A stretch of 42,360 nt of DNA, taken from an uncultured bacterium (lineage in GTDB: Bacteria > J088). The position numbers and the translations under genes are program-made. Position 1 is the first letter of the stretch; each line of letters opens with the position of its first letter. Location of the stretch: contig CAZUAB010000001.1 of the NCBI GenBank assembly GCA_964617795.1, positions 1-42,360 of the forward strand, read 5' to 3'. This document shows positions 1 through 7,920 of this stretch, one piece after another. The notes under the pieces were generated by a model, which worked only from the letters and a program-made list of their open reading frames with translations, was not told the origin of the DNA and searched no databases.

Positions 1-2002
1 CACCGACGATCAGCAGAAACCCGCCAACGAGGTCACCGGGACCCACAGACGGGAACAGGCGGGGGCCGCCGAACAAAAAATTGAGTTGGCGCGAGAACGC
101 GGGAATGCCGACCTGCCCCAGCCAAGCGATCATCCCGCCGCCGATCAGTGACCCGATCAGGCCACCGACCACCGCAATGGCTGTCGACTCGAACATGAAC
201 ATTGCCAGCACGAAGCTGCGTTGGGCCCCGATGGCCCGCAGCGTACCGATTTCCCCGGTGCGCTCGATGGTTGAGATCAGTACCGTGTTGTTGATGACGA
301 CGAGCGCCACTAGGAAAATGACGAACATCCCCACCAGCAGGACGACTCGCAGCGCCATGGTCAATTGGCCGATGAAGCCGGCCGCCTGCTGCCAGTCGAC
401 CACCCGATAGGGCAATCCGGCCCGGGCAATGGCCGCCTCAATGTCTTCCTTGAGCTGCTCGACCGCCGCCGGATCTTCGGCGACGATCGCCGCGTGTAGC
501 GCCAGGCCACGATCGATATCCGCCAGCGTGTACCCCGCAGCGTCGCCTGGGTCGGCAGGCTCGTCGGCACGCGTAACCCGTGGAACGTCCCAGTCGGCCT
601 TGGTGACTTCGACGATGAGATCGCCGCTGCCGCCCCCGCCAAACAGCGCATCTTCAGCCGACTCGCGATCGACCTCCTGCAAATCAAGGCTTGATTTGAG
701 GTCGGCCAGCTCTATACGTTGCCCCGCCGTCAATGCGCCGTAGAGCTGACGGAATGACATGAGGTCGATCATATTGTAGGTGTTGGCGAGGTCAGAATCT
801 TCCATCCCGCGGAAGCTGAACAGACCGGTCAGCGGCAGATTGATCGCGCGCAAATAACCCGAGCGCGTAAACGCACGCACGGTCACGATATCACCGATCT
901 GCACCGGAAACATGCGTATCCGTGGCGCGACGACATCATAGAAAGCGCTGCGCCGGTCGGCAAAATTGGCATCATCAAATGACAGGAAATCCTGCAACAG
1001 GCGGTCGAGATCCTGCTCCTGTGACCCGAGCAGGCGCCTGAGATCGGCGGCCAAGTCATCGGCGGCGGCCGGTTGGAGGGCCGCCAACACCCGCTTGTAT
1101 TGACGCTTGGCACGCTCGGCGCGATCGCGCAACGAGGGGTCGGCGGCAAACGTAGCGCCCTCTTCCCGACGCAGCCGGTCGAGTTCGTCGATTTCCCGTG
1201 CAACGGGATTTTTGAGTAGATCAAAAAATCCGGTCGATAACATCAACCCGTGTGCGCCGTCGGCAATGACTTCGCCCTCCTTGAGGGTGAACTGCTCAAA
1301 GGCCTCCCGGTAGCGCGTAATGTCCGTACCGAGCAGCCGCATATACACAAGGCGTCCCTCGGCGCCGATCGGCGCAACCCGCGTATCGAGGTATTCGAGC
1401 CTGCCGTAGGGATCGTTCTTGAAGGCACTCCAGAAGGTGGCGGCCAAGGCATACTCAAGGGCATCGAGTTGCTCAGCGATGATCGGGTCGACGGTGGTGG
1501 CTGTAACGCGGTCCCGTGTTTCGCGTAGCAACCGTCCAACCAGGTAACGCACCGAAGCCGTGACCTCGCCCATCGGGCTGTCGTCGCGCACGGCCTGCCG
1601 CAACTCGCTTAGGCTGCGATCGAGCTCACTTTCATTGCCCAGCAGTGCGAACGTCGTACCCATCGGTACGACGGCACGGATTCCGGGTACGTCGGCAAGT
1701 GCGGCCTTGAGCGCGCCGACATTCGAGATCTCCCCGATATCCGGCGCGCCAAAGGTGCCGCCGCCGAACAAGGCCAATTGGTCGCGGGTATCGGCTTCGT
1801 ACACCTGCAAATGGCCGGATAGACTATCAACGATGGTCTGCGACATCGAGCGATCAACGCTGGAGAGCAGGGCAGATCCCGTCGTCCACAGAAAGGTTCC
1901 GAACAGCATGATGCTACCGACGATCAATGTCTTTGTGCGATGGCTGCGCAGGCTGCGCCACGCCATCGTCAACAGAAGGCGTAGGGTGTCGCGGTCGCTC
2001 AT
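1..2002 (-). CDS. ABC transporter permease, FtsX/MacB-like, partial (C-terminus lies beyond the left edge)
   Basis: Absent from the ORF track because it has no stop in the window. My translation of the minus strand from ATG 2002..2000 is open all the way to position 1. It begins MSDRDTLRLLLTMAWRSLRSHRTKTLIVGSIMLFGTFLW (TM1) and ends ...LRVVLLVGMFVIFLVALVVINNTVLISTIERTGEIGTLRAIGAQRSFVLAMFMFESTAIAVVGGLIGSLIGGG (FtsX-type TM2-TM3). All listed minus-strand ORFs in 1..2000 are in one other frame. The ATG overlaps the ATPase TGA (ATGA at 1999..2002). Confidence 0.85.
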   Translation of the reverse strand, partial: MSDRDTLRLLLTMAWRSLRSHRTKTLIVGSIMLFGTFLWTTGSALLSSVDRSMSQTIVDSLSGHLQVYEADTRDQLALFGGGTFGAPDIGEISNVGALKAALADVPGIRAVVPMGTTFALLGNESELDRSLSELRQAVRDDSPMGEVTASVRYLVGRLLRETRDRVTATTVDPIIAEQLDALEYALAATFWSAFKNDPYGRLEYLDTRVAPIGAEGRLVYMRLLGTDITRYREAFEQFTLKEGEVIADGAHGLMLSTGFFDLLKNPVAREIDELDRLRREEGATFAADPSLRDRAERAKRQYKRVLAALQPAAADDLAADLRRLLGSQEQDLDRLLQDFLSFDDANFADRRSAFYDVVAPRIRMFPVQIGDIVTVRAFTRSGYLRAINLPLTGLFSFRGMEDSDLANTYNMIDLMSFRQLYGALTAGQRIELADLKSSLDLQEVDRESAEDALFGGGGSGDLIVEVTKADWDVPRVTRADEPADPGDAAGYTLADIDRGLALHAAIVAEDPAAVEQLKEDIEAAIARAGLPYRVVDWQQAAGFIGQLTMALRVVLLVGMFVIFLVALVVINNTVLISTIERTGEIGTLRAIGAQRSFVLAMFMFESTAIAVVGGLIGSLIGGGMIAWLGQVGIPAFSRQLNFLFGGPRLFPSVGPGDLVGGFLLIVG

Positions 2003-2697
2003 GCGGCTTCGCCGCCCCGCCCCTCGGTGTCGATACGTCCATCGACCAGCCGGATCACTCGGGCAGCGTGGCGCATCACGTTCGGGTCGTGTGTCGAAAA
2101 GATGAAGGTCGTCTGATCTCGCGTATTGAGTTCGCGCATCAGCTCAATGATTGTGGCGCCAGTGGCTGAATCGAGGTTGGCGGTCGGCTCATCGGCCAAC
2201 ACGATACTGGGCCGTGTGATCAGCGCCCGTGCGACTGCGACGCGTTGCCGTTGCCCACCCGAAAGCTCTGACGGCCGGTGTTGCACATGGTCGCCGAGGC
2301 CGACGCGGTCGAGCAGCTCATCGACACGCACGGCGCGCTCCGCCCTGCTCAGGCCGCCCTGCAGCAGCAGTGGCAATTCGACGTTCTGAAACACGGTCAA
2401 CACGGGTACCAAATTGAAGGTTTGGAAGATGAACCCCAGCTTTCGCAGCCGAAGCTCGGTAAGCTCGCGATCGCTCAATGTGGTTGTCTCCACGCCGTCG
2501 ATCCGCACGCTTCCGCGCGTTGCTACGTCGACGCAGCCGATTAGGTTGAGCAGCGTTGTCTTGCCGCTGCCCGAAGGCCCGGCGATCGTCGTGAATTCGC
2601 CGCGATCAACGGTCAAGCTGACACCCCGCAAAGCCTGTACGACGGTGCGGCCGAGCGGATATTCCTTGACCACGTCGCGCACCTCGATGATGGCCAT
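1999..2697 (-). CDS. ABC transporter ATP-binding protein (MacB/LolD type)
   Basis: ORF 1999..2748 trimmed to MAIIEVRDV. Walker A GPSGSGKT, signature LSGGQRQRVAVARAL, Walker B IVLADEPT, H-loop STHD. Confidence 0.93.
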   Translation of the reverse strand: MAIIEVRDVVKEYPLGRTVVQALRGVSLTVDRGEFTTIAGPSGSGKTTLLNLIGCVDVATRGSVRIDGVETTTLSDRELTELRLRKLGFIFQTFNLVPVLTVFQNVELPLLLQGGLSRAERAVRVDELLDRVGLGDHVQHRPSELSGGQRQRVAVARALITRPSIVLADEPTANLDSATGATIIELMRELNTRDQTTFIFSTHDPNVMRHAARVIRLVDGRIDTEGRGGEAA

Positions 2698-2738
2698 GGG
2701 AACGCCTGCCCTTTCTTTGCTGCCGTGCCAACGCAGCG

Positions 2739-2757
2739 GCAAGCACATGCTTGCATG
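2739..2757. promoter_or_regulatory. Two overlapping short palindromes in the divergent ABC / PLC intergenic region
   Basis: GCAAGC-acat-GCTTGC overlaps CATGC-tt-GCATG. It lies about 45 nt upstream of the ATPase start. A function as an operator is only a guess. Confidence 0.2.
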
Positions 2758-2865
2758 TCACTCCATGGAGAGTACTCGACGGACCGCTGGTCTGGCAACT
2801 GAAGCCGCAAAAGAAGCCTCGACCAACACCCCCCGAATCGCCACCGTATCCACCGAACCCAAATA

Positions 2866-2887
2866 TGGAAAATGGATAATTGGATAA
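2866..2887 (+). promoter_or_regulatory. Three direct TGGAWAA repeats in an AT-rich patch upstream of the PLC-like gene
   Basis: TGGAAAA TGGATAA t TGGATAA, 40-60 nt upstream of the signal-peptide ATG at 2926. This is the only AT-rich patch in the intergenic region. The spacing (7-8 nt) does not match the 11-nt Pho-box periodicity. Confidence 0.2.
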
Positions 2888-2925
2888 CCCGGCACCGTTC
2901 GACATGGCCCCCGGTTCCTGTGATC

Positions 2926-4305
2926 ATGAACGTCATGTTGCGCCCACGCCGAGTGTTGTCGGTTGCCGCCGTGTGCCTTGCCTTGGCCGGCATGGCGATG
3001 CCTGAAGCCGCGTGGTCGCATGGCATCAACGGCCACGTCTGGGCCTCGGACCGGGCCATCGACCTCGTCACCGACTGCACGGTATACCGATTTCTTGCCG
3101 ATCCCGCGGTCCGGCCGGCGGCGCAGATTTCACCGGCGTTTCCGGATTCGGGCTACGCCGCCGACCACCCCTATGGGGAAGCGGCGCACTGGGAACCGTG
3201 GACCGAATCCTACCGGCAAATGCTCGTTCGGCGCTACCCGCAGGACCGCAGTAGCCTTGAGTTTCGGCAATCCGTGGCCTTCTGGATGGGCGCCTCGGCG
3301 CACGGCCTCGAAGATGAGATTTTCGACACCCTGTTCATCGCCAAGTCCGAAGAGGTCGACGGCATTGGGCAGGACATGATCGATACCTTCACGGATTTCT
3401 TGATGTCTGCCGAAGGACACGCCACTGTACAAGCACCGGTCTGGCTGCCGCCCTATCTGCCCGAGGTCTTCGCGGATCCCGCGGTCGGCGTCGAGGTCCA
3501 CTATGGACAGATCGAAGGTGGCATGTTCACCGTCCGCGAGGTCGTGATCGGCTTTGCGGACAATCCGGTCAAGTTCGACGGCGGCTTTGCCAAAGAGATC
3601 CCTTGGGCATCGCGCCACTATATCGACCCGCAGACGCCCGGATCGATCGGCCATGAGCCCGCGCTTGTGGCGCGATTCTACGAGGCCATGTGGAAGCGCC
3701 TGCAGGGCACCTTTGACCCCGATCGCGACCTGATTGCCGCCACCGTGCCACCGCAGGGGGGACGACTCCTCGCCAACGACCCCGGCACCGTCGACAGCCG
3801 GATCAGCATGGTTACGGGCATCGGTGTCAGAACAGGCAGTTTCCGCGAGCGCGTCCGGCTCGTTGCCCCCGACGGCACGACCGTGCCAGCCACAGTCAGC
3901 GATACCCGCTGGGGCGGGCACGACGACGACGCCGGGCGGCTGATCATCTTGCATCCACGCGTACCGCTGGCACCAGACACGCGCTATACCGTCGAACTCG
4001 CGGCGGGTATCGAAACGGTCGACGGCGGCCGAACAACGCAGGCAATTCGCTGGTCGCTAATGAGCGCCTGTACGCTCGTCGATGGACGTGAATCGTGTCG
4101 TGCATCGCTGCATGCACAGACGCCCACGTCCTGTAGGCTGCGTGCATCTGCCGCAACCGAACCTACGCCACCGGCTGGCTGCGCCAGTGGCGGTGCGGGA
4201 GCATTCGCACCGTTGGCCCTCGCCCTGGCCCTCGCCCTACGCATCCGCCGCCGCAACAAGCGCCGCTCGGCCGCCATCGCCATTCAGACAGGAGTTGCCC
4301 CATGA
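2926..4305 (+). CDS. Secreted zinc-dependent phospholipase C-like protein with Ig-like domain and MYXO-CTERM-like C-terminal sorting tail
   Basis: ORF 2872..4305 trimmed to MNVMLRPRRVLSVAAVCLALAGMAMPEAA (signal peptide). The predicted mature N-terminus WSHGINGHVWASDRAIDLV parallels Bacillus cereus PC-PLC WSAEDKHKEGVNSHLWIVNRAID (N-terminal Trp and His zinc ligands). Further His/Asp motifs: GYAADHPYGEAAHW and MGASAHGLEDE. An Ig-like segment (VRLVAPDGTTVPATVSD...TRYTVELAAGIETVDG) follows. The tail is GCASGGAGAFAPLALALALALRIRRRNKRR: a Cys, a Gly-rich stretch, a TM helix and an Arg cluster. Start choice 2926 versus 2935 is uncertain. Confidence 0.8.
   Translation: MNVMLRPRRVLSVAAVCLALAGMAMPEAAWSHGINGHVWASDRAIDLVTDCTVYRFLADPAVRPAAQISPAFPDSGYAADHPYGEAAHWEPWTESYRQMLVRRYPQDRSSLEFRQSVAFWMGASAHGLEDEIFDTLFIAKSEEVDGIGQDMIDTFTDFLMSAEGHATVQAPVWLPPYLPEVFADPAVGVEVHYGQIEGGMFTVREVVIGFADNPVKFDGGFAKEIPWASRHYIDPQTPGSIGHEPALVARFYEAMWKRLQGTFDPDRDLIAATVPPQGGRLLANDPGTVDSRISMVTGIGVRTGSFRERVRLVAPDGTTVPATVSDTRWGGHDDDAGRLIILHPRVPLAPDTRYTVELAAGIETVDGGRTTQAIRWSLMSACTLVDGRESCRASLHAQTPTSCRLRASAATEPTPPAGCASGGAGAFAPLALALALALRIRRRNKRRSAAIAIQTGVAP
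4215..4238 (+). repeat. 12-nt perfect tandem repeat (x2) encoding the ALALALAL helix of the sorting tail
   Basis: ggccctcgccct ggccctcgccct read directly. It is in frame (4 codons per unit). Confidence 0.7.
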
Positions 4306-5036
4306 ATCGACGCCGCCATCCCCTCTCCTTGCTGCTTGCCGCACCGCTGCTGCTGGCCGCCTCGCTGCAGCTTTCGGCCTGTGCCGAGGACGACGCCGAG
4401 ACGACCGGCTTCGCACGCGGCGCCGATGTCCGGATCCCTTTTCCGATCCCGCTGACCGCGCCCGAAGATACCCCGATTGTGCTCGACTTTGCCAAGGTGA
4501 CCACAGGCGGCGCCGCAGCCAAGCTCGGCCTCGACCCCGACCTACTGCTGGCGGCCGAGTGGTCCGCCAAGCTCGTTACCGCACCGAGTCACGGCACCGT
4601 CGCCGTCGACGGGCTGGTGGTTCGATATGTGCCGGAGCCCGATTATTTCGGCCCCGATACCGGCGCCGTCGAGGTCCGCATCCACGATGATGCCGCCCGC
4701 TCGGACCTCGTGTTCGACGCGCTCGTGCAAATCACGCTGCTGCCGGTCAACGATCCACCGACGCTGGCGGGGGTAATGATTACGCCGGCCGCGCCGACAA
4801 TGGCGGACACCCTGGCAGCGAACGCGGTCGATCTGGCCGATATCGACTCACCAGCCACGGCAGTCACCGTGCTGTGGCAGTGGCTGATCAATGGCGCCCC
4901 GGCAGCCGGTGCGACCACGCCAACACTCGGGACAGGCTTTTCTGCTGGCGATGCAGTCACCGTCGTTGGTACCCCATTCGATGGGCAGATGCCAGGGATT
5001 CCGGTTACCTCACCCGCCGTCACAATCGCCCCTTGA
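4302..5036 (+). CDS. Lipoprotein with cadherin-like / Ig-like repeats
   Basis: ATGA overlap with the PLC-like gene. Lipobox LQLSAC after MNRRRHPLSLLLAAPLLLAAS. The LLPVNDPPT motif is typical of cadherin-like adhesin repeats. Confidence 0.7.
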   Translation: MNRRRHPLSLLLAAPLLLAASLQLSACAEDDAETTGFARGADVRIPFPIPLTAPEDTPIVLDFAKVTTGGAAAKLGLDPDLLLAAEWSAKLVTAPSHGTVAVDGLVVRYVPEPDYFGPDTGAVEVRIHDDAARSDLVFDALVQITLLPVNDPPTLAGVMITPAAPTMADTLAANAVDLADIDSPATAVTVLWQWLINGAPAAGATTPTLGTGFSAGDAVTVVGTPFDGQMPGIPVTSPAVTIAP

Positions 5037-5042
5037 GCGCGC

Positions 5043-5074
5043 GCCGGGGCGCAGCTCCAACCAGGCTCGCCCCG
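5043..5074. terminator. GC-rich hairpin between convergent genes
   Basis: CCGGGGCG ... CGCCCCGG, an 8-bp stem with a roughly 16-nt loop. It sits in the 41-nt gap between the lipoprotein stop (5036) and the phoD stop (5078). No clear U-tract. Confidence 0.3.
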
Positions 5075-5077
5075 GTG

Positions 5078-6697
5078 CTACGCTTTGCGGTCGGGGGCCG
5101 GCGCGTCAACCAGTTGCAGCACGCCGCTGCCGTGCTGCACAACGGCGCCGGCCGCCCAAGACTCGTTGCCCTCGTCGGCGCGTACGCCGTCGAGTAAGTA
5201 CCAGTCGGCCTGCGTACGTTCGGCCGTGATGTCGAGTACCACGTAGCCCCGCTGCCAGAGATTGCACCACTTGAGATGTGGCGTCTGATCGAGCAGGCCC
5301 TGCGCCAAGGGCTCGGCGGCGGCCTGGGACGGGATGCCGGTGGAGCCGATGGCCGGGCAGACAAACTCGACGCCGAGCGAATCGCGGGCCGGATTCCAAT
5401 TCTCGGGCAGCGGGTCACGGCCGAGCTCCTGCACGAAGCTCATGTGGATATCGCCGGTGAGAACCACAAAATTGGCGTCGGCTGGCTTGTTGTTTTCCCA
5501 GATATCGAAAAAGCGCTGGCGGGCACCGGGGTAGCCGTCCCAAGCGTCCTCGTTGTCGATGAGGTACCAGCGACCGAACATGATCTGCTGACCGAACAAC
5601 TGCCAACGCCCCTTGCCAGCAGCCACTTCACCGGCAAGCCACGCCTCCTGCTGCTCACCAAGCAACTGCCGCGCCTGGTTTTCGCGAGCTTCTTCGCTAG
5701 GGTCTTGCTTGTCGCGACCGATTACGCGGGTATCGAGCATGTAGATATCGGCAAGGTCTCCGTAGCGCAGCGTACGGTAGATCCGGCCCTCGTCGGTTTG
5801 CGCCGATTCGCGTACCGGCAGCCACTCCAGCCAGGCCTGTAACGCCGCCGCAACCCGGTCCGCCCACTCGCCTTCGCTATCCGGGTCATGATTTCCGGCG
5901 CCGCCCTGCCAAGAATTGTTGGCCGTCTCGTGGTCGTCCCAGACGCAAACGAACGGATGCCACTGATGGACTGCCTGCAGGTCAGGATCGCTGCGGTACT
6001 GCGCATAGCGCCGCCGATAGTCATCAAGCGAGACAATTTCATGCTCGGGGTCGGGCGTGCGTAGGCTGCCGTAACCGCCCTTGCCGTATTCATAAATGTA
6101 GTCGCCCAGATGGAGCACCACGTCGATATCGCGGCGGCCGGCGAGCCAACGATAGGCATGGAAATAAGCGTCGGCGTGATTGGAGCAGGAGCAGAACGCG
6201 ACTCGCAGGGCCTCGGTTCCATCTCCGGCCTTGGGTGCCAGTTTGGTTCGACCGACCGGCGAGGTACGCCCCAGCGCGTGAAAGCGGTAGAAATACTTAC
6301 GGCCCCAGATGAGGCTGGTCGCATCGTGCTTGACGGTATGGTAGCGGGCGCCGTCGGTGGTTACAGTACCCGCAGCCACGCGATAGTTGAAGCCTTCGTC
6401 GAGCGCCATTTCCCAGAATACGTCGACCGGGCCATCGGCAGCCGGGCTCACCTTGGTCCACAAAATCACGGCATCCGGCAGTGGATCACCGGATGCCACG
6501 CCGTGGCTGAACAGGGTTTCCGGACCCGGTGTTCCGCTGTAACTATACTCGGGCAGATCGTCGGGCAACGGCGGATACTGGCTGAGGTCGATCTGTTCAA
6601 GGATCTCCTCGGCATCGACGGCGCAGGCCGCCACGGACAAGGCAGCACCGGCAAGGCCAGCGTTCTTGAGGGTACGGCGACGGGTCCAACGGGGCAT
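5078..6697 (-). CDS. phoD: Alkaline phosphatase D, Tat-exported
   Basis: ORF 5078..6784 trimmed to MPRWTRRRTLKNAGLAGAALSVAACA (twin-arginine signal). PhoD N-terminal motif GVASGDPLPDAVILWTKV. Metallophosphatase motifs VLHLGDYIYEY, VWDDHE, VVLTGDIH. Confidence 0.9.
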   Translation of the reverse strand: MPRWTRRRTLKNAGLAGAALSVAACAVDAEEILEQIDLSQYPPLPDDLPEYSYSGTPGPETLFSHGVASGDPLPDAVILWTKVSPAADGPVDVFWEMALDEGFNYRVAAGTVTTDGARYHTVKHDATSLIWGRKYFYRFHALGRTSPVGRTKLAPKAGDGTEALRVAFCSCSNHADAYFHAYRWLAGRRDIDVVLHLGDYIYEYGKGGYGSLRTPDPEHEIVSLDDYRRRYAQYRSDPDLQAVHQWHPFVCVWDDHETANNSWQGGAGNHDPDSEGEWADRVAAALQAWLEWLPVRESAQTDEGRIYRTLRYGDLADIYMLDTRVIGRDKQDPSEEARENQARQLLGEQQEAWLAGEVAAGKGRWQLFGQQIMFGRWYLIDNEDAWDGYPGARQRFFDIWENNKPADANFVVLTGDIHMSFVQELGRDPLPENWNPARDSLGVEFVCPAIGSTGIPSQAAAEPLAQGLLDQTPHLKWCNLWQRGYVVLDITAERTQADWYLLDGVRADEGNESWAAGAVVQHGSGVLQLVDAPAPDRKA

Positions 6698-6783
6698 GAC
6701 GGCTCCTTCGGGTACACAGGTAAGCGGCACCATCGCGAAGGCGCGCGGTGCACCTTGATACCATACAACATGCGACGCCATCA

Positions 6784-6798
6784 TTCACATTTCGTGAA
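6784..6798. promoter_or_regulatory. Inverted repeat TTCAC-N5-GTGAA in the phoD / WYL divergent intergenic region
   Basis: ttcac atttc gtgaa, about 65 nt upstream of the WYL gene and about 87 nt upstream of phoD. The cognate factor is unknown. Confidence 0.2.
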
Positions 6799-6860
6799 CC
6801 GACCGGGCGCGCACGGCAGACTGGTGGCAAGGCTTCAGCCCTCGGGGTACAATTCGTCCC

Positions 6861-7835
6861 ATGAACAGATATGAGCGTTTCCAGAAAATCAAGACCGTCT
6901 TGATCGAAGCCAACGGTCGCGTCGTAAGCCGGGAGCGCCTGCTCGATGAACTGGACGGCTGTGTCTGCGCGCGTACCCTGCGGCGGGACATCAACTACCT
7001 TGTACTGTTTTCGCGCGAGCCGATCAAGCGACACGTAAAGCCGGTGTTCGGCTATTCTTGGGAGCCGGCCGAAGGTGGCTACGAGGTCCCCGGGTTCTGG
7101 CTGCAGGCGGAAGAAATCTGGGCGCTCACCGCCTGCATGCGGATTCTCGATACGCTGCAGCCCGGGGCGCTACAATCGGTGACCTCATCGGTGCGCAAAC
7201 GGCTTGAAGAGGGCCTCAAGCATTCGGGGTTCCCACCCGAGCAGGTCCTGTCCTGCATTGACACGCGCGTCGCTGGCAGCCGTCCTACCGATGCGCGGGT
7301 CTTTCGGACCGTCGCCGAAGCGCTGATGCGTCGCCGGCAACTGGATCTGGATTACCGCGCCCGTTATGACGACACGGCCGGTCAGCGGACGGTCGACCCG
7401 CACCGCCTTGTTTTCCATCGCGGCAACTGGTATCTACTGGCCTGGGACCATCTACGCAAAGATGCGCGCGTCTTCGCACTCGATCGCATCAGCCGTGCGG
7501 CGACGGCACGCCAGGAGGTCGGCACCGACCCATCAAGCGTGACGCGCCTGTCCGACCACGGCTACGGCATCTTTCTTGGCGACAACCCGGAGTGGGCCGA
7601 ATTGGCCTTTACGACCGAACGTGCGCGTTGGGTGGCCGACGAGGTCTGGCACAGTGCGCAGGAGGATCGGCGCGATGACCAGGGCCGGCTGCTGCGCCGT
7701 GTACCGTTCACCGACCCGACCGAACTCGTGCTAGAGATCCTGCGGCACGGCAGCGAAGTCGAGGTGCTCTCGCCCCCCGCCCTACGCCGCCGCGTTGCTG
7801 AAACACTGCGCGAGGCGGCCGACCGATACGCCTGA
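6861..7835 (+). CDS. HTH-WYL-domain transcriptional regulator (YafY/PafC-like)
   Basis: N-terminal wHTH (RERLLDELDGCVCARTLRRDINYL). WYL core VFHRGNWYLLAWDHLRKDARVFALDRI. C-terminal WCX-like extension. Confidence 0.85.
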   Translation: MNRYERFQKIKTVLIEANGRVVSRERLLDELDGCVCARTLRRDINYLVLFSREPIKRHVKPVFGYSWEPAEGGYEVPGFWLQAEEIWALTACMRILDTLQPGALQSVTSSVRKRLEEGLKHSGFPPEQVLSCIDTRVAGSRPTDARVFRTVAEALMRRRQLDLDYRARYDDTAGQRTVDPHRLVFHRGNWYLLAWDHLRKDARVFALDRISRAATARQEVGTDPSSVTRLSDHGYGIFLGDNPEWAELAFTTERARWVADEVWHSAQEDRRDDQGRLLRRVPFTDPTELVLEILRHGSEVEVLSPPALRRRVAETLREAADRYA

Positions 7836-7868
7836 CCGATCCCTGGACAACCTCTGTCCAAGGATCGG
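7836..7868 (+). promoter_or_regulatory. 13/14-bp hairpin or palindrome directly after the WYL stop codon, upstream of rmuC
   Basis: CCGATCCCTGGACA-acctc-TGTCCAAGGATCGG with one mismatch and no following U-tract. The arm core CCGATCCC recurs at about 7909..7916, just before the rmuC ATG. Confidence 0.4.
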
Positions 7869-7920
7869 TGTAGCATGAATTTATGAAGTCGCCCACATAC
7901 ACGCGAATCCGATCCCACCG

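Noticed and set aside
3130-3954. Long antisense or alternate-frame ORFs throughout the track, for example 3130..3954(-), 7980..8843(-), 10370..11191(+), 16391..17071(-), 21074..21946(+), 32308..33159(+), 38102..38947(+).
   Set aside because: They lie fully inside better-supported genes, have Arg/Pro/Ala/Gly-dominated low-complexity translations and no recognisable motifs. This is the expected stop-codon-poor artefact of about 65% GC DNA.
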